Shown here piece by piece: positions 55,610 to 64,000 of a stretch of 64,000 bases of DNA. Within the stretch, counting starts at the first letter, position 1. Every line of letters begins with the position of its first letter. This DNA is from SAR86 cluster bacterium (GTDB lineage Bacteria > Pseudomonadota > Gammaproteobacteria > Magnimaribacterales > D2472), in the NCBI GenBank assembly GCA_003331545.1, contig QOPC01000002.1, positions 14,518 to 78,517 on the forward strand, given 5' to 3'. The translations under genes were made by a program, and so were the position numbers. The notes under the pieces are model-generated. The model was not told the origin of the DNA, did no database searches, and was given only the letters and a program-made list of their open reading frames with translations.

Positions 55610-56224
55610 TTACTCACCCAAAGTAATTGCTTTCTGAAAAGCAGGTCTCGCATTTATTCTTGCAACATAATCTTTAATGTTTTGCATCTCGTCATTTATA
55701 CACCCCAATCTATTAGCCATGAAACATGAGTGTCCAAGCATAAGATCTGCACCTGAGAAATCTCCAATTAGGTAATCTTTATCAGCAAGATTCTCATTCA
55801 CTGGAGCTAAAGATTTTGTGAGTAAGTTTTTTGCTTGATTTAAAACAGTCTCATCTCTTCGATCTGGTGGCAATAAAATAGTCTGCACAACTATTTGATT
55901 CATTGGAGGCATGACCATTCCTTCACAGTAGTGATACCACTGAAGATACAAAGGAAATTCAGGATTATCTGAACCTGGCTTTAGCCCTCCATTTTTATGT
56001 CTCTCTAGAACATAATCGATGATGGCACCAGATTCAAAAATTGAAATATCTCCATCTTCTAAGACAGGCACTCTTCCAAGTGCATGCCTTGATCTGTGCT
56101 CAGGAGATTTAAGGCCCTCCTTAGTAAAGGGCATAATATTTACTTCATATTCCAACCCCAACTCCTCCAAAAGCCAAACTATTCGACCCGCCCTTGTACC
56201 AGCAACAAAATGAACTTTTAACAT
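55610..56224 (-). CDS. Glutathione S-transferase
   Basis: 204 aa. Thioredoxin-like N-domain with LGRVPVLEDGDISIFESGAIIDYV (cis-Pro and ES glutathione-binding elements), and a helical C-domain. Confidence 0.85.
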   Translation of the reverse strand: MLKVHFVAGTRAGRIVWLLEELGLEYEVNIMPFTKEGLKSPEHRSRHALGRVPVLEDGDISIFESGAIIDYVLERHKNGGLKPGSDNPEFPLYLQWYHYCEGMVMPPMNQIVVQTILLPPDRRDETVLNQAKNLLTKSLAPVNENLADKDYLIGDFSGADLMLGHSCFMANRLGCINDEMQNIKDYVARINARPAFQKAITLGE

Positions 56225-56237
56225 TATTTTTACCTCT

Positions 56238-56921
56238 CTATTTTTTTACCATTTTTTGAGCATTCTTTGTGAACTCTTTCATTTTTTTATCATCATCTAA
56301 AAGGCTTTCAATCTTTACAGGAACTGCTATACCTGCAACCATTCCTGGCTGTTCGTACATTGCTTTTATCCATCGATCAAGGTGATCCAATCCCTCAACT
56401 GAAATTCCTGACCATTTGTGAGTCCTGACCCAACACCAATTGGCAATATCAGCTATTGAATAATCGGTTGCAAGCCATTCTTGATTAGCTAAATGGGTAT
56501 CAAGTACTTCAAACAGTCTTCTGCCTTCATTTTGGTACCGATCAATGGCCGGTTGAATTTTTTCTGGAAAGTACCGAAAAAATACATTTGCTTGACCCAT
56601 CATGGGTCCTACTCCACCCATCTGAAACATCAACCATTCTAAAACTTTTGCTTTTTCATTAAGATCCCTTGGCATAAGCTTGCCAGTCTTTTCTGCGAGA
56701 TAAATCATGATGGCCCCTGATTCAAAAATAGCAAGATTGCTCGAATCCCTGTCCACAATTGCAGGAATTCTCCCATTAGGACTAACTGCAAGAAAATCAG
56801 GTTCCTTTTGCTCATTCTTTGATAAATTAATAATGTGGGTTTCATAATCTAAGTCCATAGCTTCTAGAACGCACGAAACTTTATGGCCGTTGGGGGTCGG
56901 GGCTGTATAAAAATCAATCAT
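56238..56921 (-). CDS. Nu-class, YfcG-like glutathione S-transferase/disulfide reductase
   Basis: [27 protein letters not shown]...[11 protein letters not shown]...[18 protein letters not shown] parallels E. coli YfcG ([15 protein letters not shown]...). ATG at 56921 with a perfect SD AAGGAG 5 nt upstream. The track GTG start at 56927 is less likely. Confidence 0.85.
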   Translation of the reverse strand: MIDFYTAPTPNGHKVSCVLEAMDLDYETHIINLSKNEQKEPDFLAVSPNGRIPAIVDRDSSNLAIFESGAIMIYLAEKTGKLMPRDLNEKAKVLEWLMFQMGGVGPMMGQANVFFRYFPEKIQPAIDRYQNEGRRLFEVLDTHLANQEWLATDYSIADIANWCWVRTHKWSGISVEGLDHLDRWIKAMYEQPGMVAGIAVPVKIESLLDDDKKMKEFTKNAQKMVKK

Positions 56922-56923
56922 TG

Positions 56924-58009
56924 TCACTCCTTTATAAAAGATATAAGAATATCAGAAAGTTGTTCTGCTCGTGTCCATTGATAAAAATGGCCTCCTCCAA
57001 TATGAGGAGCACTTTTAGCATTAGGAGCCATTTCAAGAACATCTTTCTCAATACCATTAGTGACAGGGTCATCGCCTGCAAACACTGCTAAGAATGGCTT
57101 GGTTGAGGTCTTAAAAAACTCTCTTGCTTCTTTTTGTGCATTCAACGATGCATCTGGAAGAATTGGCACATGGCTGGGCATAGCTCGAGGACCCATTTTG
57201 AAGGATGGATCTGGAAAAGGTGCTTCATAAGCTTTAACTAGATCAGAAGTAAATGGTGAAATTTTTGCTAAGCCTAAGTTTTCAAAAATATATTGTCCCA
57301 TCAAAGAAACTCTAGATCTTTTTTCCATCATGATCGAGCTGATGAATCCAATTGGTAAATTTTTAGTATCCCAGCAAAATTTTTGCCAATACATAAATTT
57401 TAGTGCTGGATGAAAAGAGGAAGATGAGTCTTTTGAAAGATTGTTTCCATCCATTTCCATCACCTCTTTTTGCATACTCATTGGAGTAAGCTTCAAATCA
57501 CTTGCTCTGAAATCTTTTACTTGCTCAATAACTTCTTGAGGAACATCTGGATTATATGGCAACCCAGTATTGCCCATTGATATCTTATTAAATCTAAAAG
57601 GATCATGAGAGATCATCCTGAGGCCTATAAGTCCTCCCCAATCCTGACCAAAAAAAGTTAAATTTGAAAAATTATTTTCTTTTAGCCATGCACTCATCCA
57701 ATCAACTTGATTTTGATAGGTGTAGTCATCTCGAGCCGCCGGTTTATCCGATTTGCCATACCCTGGTAAGTCTGGTGCTATTACCCTTATACCCGCTTTT
57801 ACAAGATATGGAATCATTCTTGCATAAAGATAACTCCAGACCGGTTGGCCATGCATGGCTAATAGGATTGGTCCGTCCTTTGGCCCTTCGTCAATATGAT
57901 GAATTCTAAGATCTGTTCCGTCGTAAGTTTTAATGATTGTGTAACGGGGCTCAAAGGGATACTCCTCTAAACTGCTAAACCTTTCATCGGGTGTTCTTAA
58001 AATTTTCAT
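56924..58009 (-). CDS. Haloalkane dehalogenase-like alpha/beta hydrolase (HLD-I/DhlA-like) with enlarged cap domain
   Basis: From the ATG at 58009 (ATGA overlap with the upstream stop): [33 protein letters not shown], nucleophile context [14 protein letters not shown], acid candidate AGDDP, and His in GGGHFYQW. All are collinear with DhlA as I recall it, but the protein is about 50 aa longer in the cap. Confidence 0.8.
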   Translation of the reverse strand: MKILRTPDERFSSLEEYPFEPRYTIIKTYDGTDLRIHHIDEGPKDGPILLAMHGQPVWSYLYARMIPYLVKAGIRVIAPDLPGYGKSDKPAARDDYTYQNQVDWMSAWLKENNFSNLTFFGQDWGGLIGLRMISHDPFRFNKISMGNTGLPYNPDVPQEVIEQVKDFRASDLKLTPMSMQKEVMEMDGNNLSKDSSSSFHPALKFMYWQKFCWDTKNLPIGFISSIMMEKRSRVSLMGQYIFENLGLAKISPFTSDLVKAYEAPFPDPSFKMGPRAMPSHVPILPDASLNAQKEAREFFKTSTKPFLAVFAGDDPVTNGIEKDVLEMAPNAKSAPHIGGGHFYQWTRAEQLSDILISFIKE

Positions 58010-59046
58010 TTCTCGATGATCATTTCTCCACAACCCGTTTTAATTAAGAATTCTTTAATTTGCTTTTGATCGCTTTCATTCAATTTTTGAAACTCATTAT
58101 TGATCCATTTCAAACACTTTGCCTGATATGGGAAACTTTTTTGTTCCCATTTAGCCCCATCAATTTCAGCTGTCCAAGTTTTCTCTTCTTGATTAATAGC
58201 ACGTGAATTTGCTAATAAGGCAGGTAAATATACTTTACCAACTTCTTGGAAAAGACTTAATAAATTTTGTTCCGCATCTTTAAAATTTATCCAGTCACTT
58301 TCGTTTGGCTTTAAACCGCTTAAATCCTCCATTAGATCCTGCCAAGCAACAACTCGAGGTGATATCTCATGCGCTAAAGCTCTTGAGGTTGGATCAAAGC
58401 CAATTAATGCCGATAGTTGACCAAATAAAGCGAAGTCTGCAGATGATGGGCGGTTGCCAAATAAAAATGGATGCTTAGACAAGCAATGGTCAAGTTGCCC
58501 AAGAAATCTTTTGTAGCTTGCTTCGATAATAGGAGCTGTTAACTCGTTAGAACCAACAACCCCTAAACGACTTATCTGTAAATCTGAAATATGCTTTTTG
58601 AAGGCTGCATGACTATCATCATCAAGAGAAATGCCATGTAACAAGGGCAATATGGTTCCAGCTTTCTCTATGTCATCTTTAAAGTACCATCTGTAATGAA
58701 ACATATATTTCGTGACCCACTCATCACCAAAGTCCTCAAGTACATAATTTAAAAACGCCAACTTTGGATCTGATGGAATAACGCTCCTAGGAGAAAATTC
58801 AATTTCTAAATGACGAATAATTGGAGTTGAATCAGTAACTGCTTTGTGTTTACCATCAACTTCAAAAATCATCACAGGCAGCAATACTGGTTTAGGCTCT
58901 TCCACCCCAAACCTTCCAATAAGATCTCTAGGATCGCCCCATTCAATCACATAGGGGATTCTTCGATATCGCATTAATGAGATCATTTTTCTTGTATAAG
59001 GAGAGGCAGGAACACCACCAATTGGAATGGGATTAAGGCTTTTCAT
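58006..59046 (-). CDS. Atypical long GST-fold protein
   Basis: About 346 aa from the ATG at 59046 (MKSLNPIPIGG...), 2 nt after the upstream stop. Thioredoxin-like N-domain (VPASPYTRKMISLMRYRRIPY...AVTDSTPIIRHLE) and a helical C-domain (SSADFALFGQLSAL). Confidence 0.55.
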   Translation of the reverse strand: MKSLNPIPIGGVPASPYTRKMISLMRYRRIPYVIEWGDPRDLIGRFGVEEPKPVLLPVMIFEVDGKHKAVTDSTPIIRHLEIEFSPRSVIPSDPKLAFLNYVLEDFGDEWVTKYMFHYRWYFKDDIEKAGTILPLLHGISLDDDSHAAFKKHISDLQISRLGVVGSNELTAPIIEASYKRFLGQLDHCLSKHPFLFGNRPSSADFALFGQLSALIGFDPTSRALAHEISPRVVAWQDLMEDLSGLKPNESDWINFKDAEQNLLSLFQEVGKVYLPALLANSRAINQEEKTWTAEIDGAKWEQKSFPYQAKCLKWINNEFQKLNESDQKQIKEFLIKTGCGEMIIEK

Positions 59047-59048
59047 TC

Positions 59049-59972
59049 CTAGAATTTCTGGGCAGACAATTTTTGACATGTCTCATTAAACTCAAAGATT
59101 GTTTCTTCAATAATTTGTGAAACTGACTTTACTTGATCTATTAAGCCTGCGGATTGTCCAGTGAGGGCTGGAGCTGCATTCATATCTCCACCAAAATAAA
59201 GATCTTGAATTCGACCCATTTCAGACATTTCCATGATGCCAGACTCATAAATTTTTCTGGTAAATTCTGTTTTTAGAGCTCTAATACAAGGTTTTGATTT
59301 TTTATTTAAAATCCAAGTACCTTGCTCATCTGATTCAATAATAGAATTTTTAAAATTATTATGAACTGGGCTTTCCTTTGAAGAAACAAATCTTGTTCCC
59401 ATCTGAATTCCCTCAGCTCCCGCTGCAAATGCTGCAGCCATTCCAACGCCATCAACAATTCCGCCTGCAGCAATTATTGGAAGATCGGTATGCTTTCTTA
59501 TTGCTTGAATTAATACAATCAATCCAACTTCCTCTGGACTTTTAAATCCTCCACCCTCTGTACCTTCAATAACTAAACCGTCAACACCAGCATCAGCAGC
59601 TTTAATTGCTCCAGCAACGCTCGGTACGGCATGAAAGACCTTAATACCTGCATTTTTAAGAATGTGAATGTATTTCCCAGGATCACCAGCAGAGGTTGTA
59701 ACAAATTTTATGCCTTGCTCTAACACTAACTCGATCATGCTTTCATCCCTAAGAAACATTAGAGGTAAATTTACGCCAAAAGGTTTGTCCGTCAGTTTAG
59801 CCATTGCAAGAATCTCTGCTTTGCAATTTTCAGTCTCACCAGATGAAGTCTCAATTACGCCGAATCCTCCTGCATTTGAAACAGCGGAAGCAAGTTGACT
59901 TCTTGCAATCCACCCCATAGGCGCTTGAATAATCGGATACTTAACTTCCAATATTTTAGCCACTCTATTCAT
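59049..59972 (-). CDS. NAD(P)H-dependent flavin oxidoreductase, NMO/FabK-like (second copy)
   Basis: KYPIIQAPMGWIARSQLASAVSNAGGFG and GAEGIQMGTRF. Start taken at the ATG at 59972 (MNRVAKIL...), 1 nt after the upstream stop. The track ORF extends to 60023. Confidence 0.85.
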   Translation of the reverse strand: MNRVAKILEVKYPIIQAPMGWIARSQLASAVSNAGGFGVIETSSGETENCKAEILAMAKLTDKPFGVNLPLMFLRDESMIELVLEQGIKFVTTSAGDPGKYIHILKNAGIKVFHAVPSVAGAIKAADAGVDGLVIEGTEGGGFKSPEEVGLIVLIQAIRKHTDLPIIAAGGIVDGVGMAAAFAAGAEGIQMGTRFVSSKESPVHNNFKNSIIESDEQGTWILNKKSKPCIRALKTEFTRKIYESGIMEMSEMGRIQDLYFGGDMNAAPALTGQSAGLIDQVKSVSQIIEETIFEFNETCQKLSAQKF

Positions 59973-59973
59973 A

Positions 59974-61143
59974 TTAATCTTCGATTTTAAATGTGAGTCC
60001 GGCACTTGCTTGTAGTCTTGCAATTAACTTCTCGCCCATTGCCGGAGCAGGTGTATAAATGCCTCCAGGAAGTTCAGGACACTCTTTCACTAAGCAGATT
60101 GCACTCTCAGCAATCATTTTAGAGGTCGAGCCATATCCCGGATCCATATCGCCAGAAACAGCAGCATGAATGCTTGAACCATCAGCTAAGTCTGCACAGA
60201 ATAAAACGTCATAATTTCCATTCTCTCTAGATTCTTTTGAAGGGCCTTCACCAGGTGCCGGTGCATCAGCCAAGGGATTAATGCTGCCAACATATTCTGC
60301 TGCTGCTTTCCCTTCTTCGCCTGGACCTTGAATCCACATTTCGTTATAACAAAAATCTTCTCCATACATGTGATTCATTAATGCATTAGACCTATGAACA
60401 TTTTTTGTATTGATTGGTGCCATAAAAAAAGGGGCAACCCAAGTCTCTAGTTTTTCATCAAACACAGCTTTGGAATCTGGGGCTTGTTCAGGTCCTGTGA
60501 AACCATTAGATAAAGCAAACGGATTTGCCAATACTGCAAATAATTCAGGCTTTTGTTTCAATGAAGCCATGGTTGCACCCAGAGAGGCTGCTGTTCCACC
60601 TGAAAATTCTCCATTCATTGCTCTGACTCTGCCTCTAATATTGGAAGCAGGAATGCCATGCTGAGCTATTACTTCTTTTTGTAAAAAGTAAACACCCAAA
60701 TCAAAAGGTATGCTATCAAAACCACAAGAAAAAACGATTCTTGCCCCACTATCCTTTGCCTCCTCAGCATACTCGTTAATCATTTCGTGCATCCAGCCAG
60801 GCTCTCCGCATAGATCAACATAATCTGTTCCATTGGCAACACAGTGCTTAACAATATTAGGTCCATACAATTGGTATGGGCCGACAGTTGTTAGCACGCA
60901 TTGTGCTTGTTGCACCATCTGCTTGATGCTCTCTTCATCATCGCTATCCACGGTAAGCAAAGGAATATCTGGAGAAACACCTAAGGCATCTCTGACCGCA
61001 ATTAATTTTTCATGACTTCTTCCTGCCATAGCCCAAGATATACTTTGATCACTGCCATATTGATTTAACATATATTCCACAACTAACTTTCCAGTAAAGC
61101 CTGTTGCGCCATAAACCACCACATCAAAATTCTTATCACTCAT
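59974..61143 (-). CDS. Saccharopine dehydrogenase-like oxidoreductase (SCCPDH / trans-acting enoyl reductase family)
   Basis: 389 aa. N-terminal Rossmann motif FDVVVYGATGFTGKLVVEYM and a family-typical layout (TTVGPYQLYG...CGFDSIPFDLG). Confidence 0.8.
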   Translation of the reverse strand: MSDKNFDVVVYGATGFTGKLVVEYMLNQYGSDQSISWAMAGRSHEKLIAVRDALGVSPDIPLLTVDSDDEESIKQMVQQAQCVLTTVGPYQLYGPNIVKHCVANGTDYVDLCGEPGWMHEMINEYAEEAKDSGARIVFSCGFDSIPFDLGVYFLQKEVIAQHGIPASNIRGRVRAMNGEFSGGTAASLGATMASLKQKPELFAVLANPFALSNGFTGPEQAPDSKAVFDEKLETWVAPFFMAPINTKNVHRSNALMNHMYGEDFCYNEMWIQGPGEEGKAAAEYVGSINPLADAPAPGEGPSKESRENGNYDVLFCADLADGSSIHAAVSGDMDPGYGSTSKMIAESAICLVKECPELPGGIYTPAPAMGEKLIARLQASAGLTFKIED

Positions 61144-61169
61144 AAGATTCTCCTTTCAAAATTATTTTA

Positions 61170-62978
61170 TTAATATCCGGCTTGTTCAGAATTTATAGTT
61201 TGCAGCCAGTCACTATCTAGAACTTCGTAATTACTAGAATTAGGTTTCATGCAAAAGATCATGTCGCTGACTTTATCAATATCGAATGCTTCACTCCTAA
61301 GATCATTCTTTTTTAACTTAAAAGTTCCGGTGGTATCCATTTCTTGAATAATTCTAATAAATAAGGGGCGAGCATACTTTGGCAGAGATGTTTCTACGTA
61401 ATTAGAAAAAGCTTGCCAATCAAATTGTTCTGCATCATCTAGACTGAATGCAGCCATTCCAGCTCTTCCTTCGCAGCCGGGAATCTTCACCCCATAAACA
61501 TTTGACATATTGACATCCTTAAAACCATTTAATATTTCACCAACCTCGTTTGTTGAAACATTTTCAGATTTCCACCTAAATGTATCACCCACTCTGTCCA
61601 CAAATTGATAATGAATTTTTCCTAATGCATAACCTACATCAACAGTTTTAATTAAATCACCGGTATTAAACCAAGCATCGCCCTCTTCAAAAACATCTCT
61701 TACAATTTTCTTTTCGGTTGCCTGCGCATCTGTATAGCCATTGAATACTGCATTGGGGCCAATTCTTACAATTAACAAACCAGGATCATGATTAATAATC
61801 TTTTTACAAAAACCATCATCTCCTTTCAAAATTATATCTTCAGCTACGTCATATTCTATTAAAGCAACATCTGCATTAGTCATGCCAATGGTTTTATTTT
61901 TATTTAAAAGATTCATAAAAAGTGCATTGCCCTCACTTGCACCATAAATCTCAACAATCCTATTTACCCCAAATCTGTCTTTAAATGTATCCCAGACATC
62001 TGGTCTGAGACCATTGCCAACCATTACTTTCAAAGGATTATCTAACTCAGCTGGGGATGGTTCATGATTAGCGAGATATCTGCAGAGCTCTCCTATGTAT
62101 ACAAGCGCAGTTGTATTGTATTCCTGCACTTCCTCCCAAAATGACGAAGCTGAGAATTTCCTTTTAATGAATGTTGATGCGCCAGCCTGAATAACGGCAC
62201 ATAGTCCCAACATTAGACCTGTGGAATGATAAAGAGGAAGACTATTGTGCATGCAGTCAGTCTCATTGATTCGATATCCAGCCATTTTAATATTTATGGA
62301 GGCTGCCATAAGCTTTTGATTTGGACAGATCGCTGCCTTTGGAACTCCTGTGGTACCAGAAGTAAAAATATAGCAAGCCACATCTTTAGCTTTTACAGAG
62401 TTCGTTTCATCTAAATCTTGATCATCAGTAAAATCAATTTGCGCTTTCAGATCAATGGCCCAATCTGGTAATGAATAATTTGGAGTATCCTCAACCCAGA
62501 GAAAATCCTCCTGTTTTACAACATTTATCTGATCTAAAACATCCTCCAAGGGAGCTGAGCGCTCTGCACCAAAAATACATTTAATGGAATCAGAGGAATT
62601 TATACAATGAACTAAAGGATCACCAGTTAAGCTGGTATTAATTAAAACAGCTATTGCTCCAATCTTATTGAGAGCGAGCAAAGAAATAACAAAATCAGGA
62701 CGATTTTCCATAAATAAAATCACTCTATCGCCATGCTTTACACCTGATCCAGCAAGATATCTTGCAAGACTATTAGCTGATTTGTTTGTTTGATCATAGG
62801 TCCAAGTTCCTTCCTCAAAATACAAAAAAGGTCTGTCAGAAAACTTTGTTGTGGTTTGTTGAAAGGAATGAGCCAAGGAAGCATTATCTTCAGGATCAGG
62901 AAACTTATATCGAAGAACTGGAATTAAATACCTTAGCTCCCCAATAACTCTAAAAAACTCTTTGATTTGATTAAACAA
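61170..62978 (-). CDS. FATP/very-long-chain-type acyl-CoA synthetase (TTG start)
   Basis: 602 aa. AMP-binding motif YIFTSGTTGVPKAA, TGDL, and the FATP signature DRVGDTFRWKSENVSTNEV. SD GGGGGAAAG lies just upstream of the TTG. Confidence 0.88.
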   Translation of the reverse strand: MFNQIKEFFRVIGELRYLIPVLRYKFPDPEDNASLAHSFQQTTTKFSDRPFLYFEEGTWTYDQTNKSANSLARYLAGSGVKHGDRVILFMENRPDFVISLLALNKIGAIAVLINTSLTGDPLVHCINSSDSIKCIFGAERSAPLEDVLDQINVVKQEDFLWVEDTPNYSLPDWAIDLKAQIDFTDDQDLDETNSVKAKDVACYIFTSGTTGVPKAAICPNQKLMAASINIKMAGYRINETDCMHNSLPLYHSTGLMLGLCAVIQAGASTFIKRKFSASSFWEEVQEYNTTALVYIGELCRYLANHEPSPAELDNPLKVMVGNGLRPDVWDTFKDRFGVNRIVEIYGASEGNALFMNLLNKNKTIGMTNADVALIEYDVAEDIILKGDDGFCKKIINHDPGLLIVRIGPNAVFNGYTDAQATEKKIVRDVFEEGDAWFNTGDLIKTVDVGYALGKIHYQFVDRVGDTFRWKSENVSTNEVGEILNGFKDVNMSNVYGVKIPGCEGRAGMAAFSLDDAEQFDWQAFSNYVETSLPKYARPLFIRIIQEMDTTGTFKLKKNDLRSEAFDIDKVSDMIFCMKPNSSNYEVLDSDWLQTINSEQAGY

Positions 62979-63072
62979 TTTCTTTCCCCCAAAAAAATTT
63001 GTCAGATTTTATACTAAGAAAAAATCATCAATGAATTCTACCAAAAATCCTAATAAACTTGGAAATAATGTA

Positions 63073-64000
63073 TTAATTCACTTGAGCTATTGAACCAGTC
63101 TCTAATCCTAAAGCATTAGCTACTTTAGTCGAAATTAGAAGATTCTTTTTTTCTTTATCAAATGCATAATTTTCTTTCACAACTGCAAAAGCATTCATCA
63201 AAGGATTTGCAATAAAGCCAAAATGATCAAAAGTTATATTACGTCTGACTTCTACAGGAAATAATCTTGCAGATTTTACAAGTGGTATATCTTTGATTTT
63301 TGTCTCTAAGCAAGGGCCGCCATCTAAGACATCTATCAAGCCATTTGGACGAAAATTTTGTTTAGTTAGCAAAGAATATGCCGGCATGGCATTAGGATGA
63401 GGCTTACCAATAACTCTCTGCAACTTTTTAGGCATGTGCTCTATGATGAAAGGAAACTTAGGGATAGATTCCATTACAAAATGATTATCAATATAGCTAA
63501 TTTCATCTACTTTAAAAAAATCTAAATTAAAGAAAGTTTTACTAAATAAATTCCAAAAATAAGATTCATCTTTAAGATTTTTAAAACCTCTTATCTCAAC
63601 AAAAGCAGTGGGATCAAATCTACATAGGTGGGCTGACATAAAAATAAATCTAGAGAATGAAAGCAGTGAGCCACTGCCTTTCCCCCTATAAGCTGGTTTA
63701 ATAAATAAAGTCCCTAATTCGGAATAAGGTTTCTTACGCAAATGAAGTAAGAGAACTTCAAGATCTTTAGTAAATTTTAATGATTTTGATTGAAGCTTTG
63801 AAAGAGATTTTTTGAAAAAAATTGAGGGTTTTTTTTGAGACACAGAAGTATAGATTGCAGAAAGTCCAACTATGCGACCATTATCTTCTAGCACAAATAA
63901 ATAACTATCTTGATTAGGTTTTTTTGTTTTTTTATTACGGGATCTTTCTGACCATTTAATCCTTTCTTTTATTTCTTTTGTTGTTTTGGGCATAGTCGTC
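63073..64000 (-). CDS. astA: Arginine/ornithine N-succinyltransferase, C-terminal ~310 aa (gene runs off the right edge)
   Basis: SYLFVLEDNGRIVGLSAIY, SELGTLFIKPAYRGKGSGSLLSFSRFIFM and DVLDGGPCLE are collinear with E. coli AstA as recalled. The reading frame stays open upstream of the ATG at 63993 to the window edge, and the family N-terminus is missing. Confidence 0.8.
   Translation of the reverse strand, partial: TTMPKTTKEIKERIKWSERSRNKKTKKPNQDSYLFVLEDNGRIVGLSAIYTSVSQKKPSIFFKKSLSKLQSKSLKFTKDLEVLLLHLRKKPYSELGTLFIKPAYRGKGSGSLLSFSRFIFMSAHLCRFDPTAFVEIRGFKNLKDESYFWNLFSKTFFNLDFFKVDEISYIDNHFVMESIPKFPFIIEHMPKKLQRVIGKPHPNAMPAYSLLTKQNFRPNGLIDVLDGGPCLETKIKDIPLVKSARLFPVEVRRNITFDHFGFIANPLMNAFAVVKENYAFDKEKKNLLISTKVANALGLETGSIAQVN

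Noticed and set aside
41218-63000. The accessory-looking 22-kb region as a horizontally acquired genomic island or mobile element.
   Set aside because: I found no integrase, transposase, flanking tRNA or direct repeats. Codon and AT usage look the same by eye as in the housekeeping part. It is better described as a lineage-typical metabolic region. A compositional calculation was not possible here.

Overview
This is an AT-rich, very tightly packed gammaproteobacterial chromosome segment. Gene order follows the Pseudomonas/Oceanospirillales-type core synteny. The composition, the near-absence of intergenic DNA and the density of GST and lipid/xenobiotic genes would fit a streamlined marine lineage such as SAR86. 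That assignment is inference; I computed no GC value and ran no search.

Positions 1-41.2 kb are core housekeeping:
- a truncated acyl-CoA ligase
- hemA-prfA-prmC, divergent from lolB-ispE-tRNA(Gln)-prs-rplY-pth-ychF-tRNA(Met)
- two small paralogous membrane proteins
- tRNA(fMet)-rimP-nusA-infB-rbfA-truB-rpsO-pnp
- tRNA(Leu), then secG-tpiA-glmM-ftsH-rlmE-greA-carBA
- map-glnD-dapD-dapE
- a POT peptide transporter and an RDD protein
- lptFG, divergent from pepA-valS

Positions 41.2-64 kb look accessory and metabolic:
- a seven-gene divergon built around two paralogous exported DUF3604-type (PHP-like) putative metalloenzymes. It also holds a tandem DsbA-like protein, a PpiC-type folding factor, a HupE/UreJ-type permease, an SDR and an alpha/beta hydrolase.
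- a 12.6-kb, 14-gene, essentially gap-free minus-strand operon. It combines a FATP-type acyl-CoA synthetase, a DhlA-like dehalogenase with an enlarged cap, three GST-fold proteins, two NMO/FabK-like flavoenzymes, other reductases, an MBL hydrolase and four proteins of unknown function.
- a truncated astA.

I found no rRNA, CRISPR, IS element, integrase, prophage or recognisable defence gene. The two accessory clusters and the small-protein pair are the most interesting items. All family assignments come from motif recognition by eye and need HMM or BLAST confirmation.
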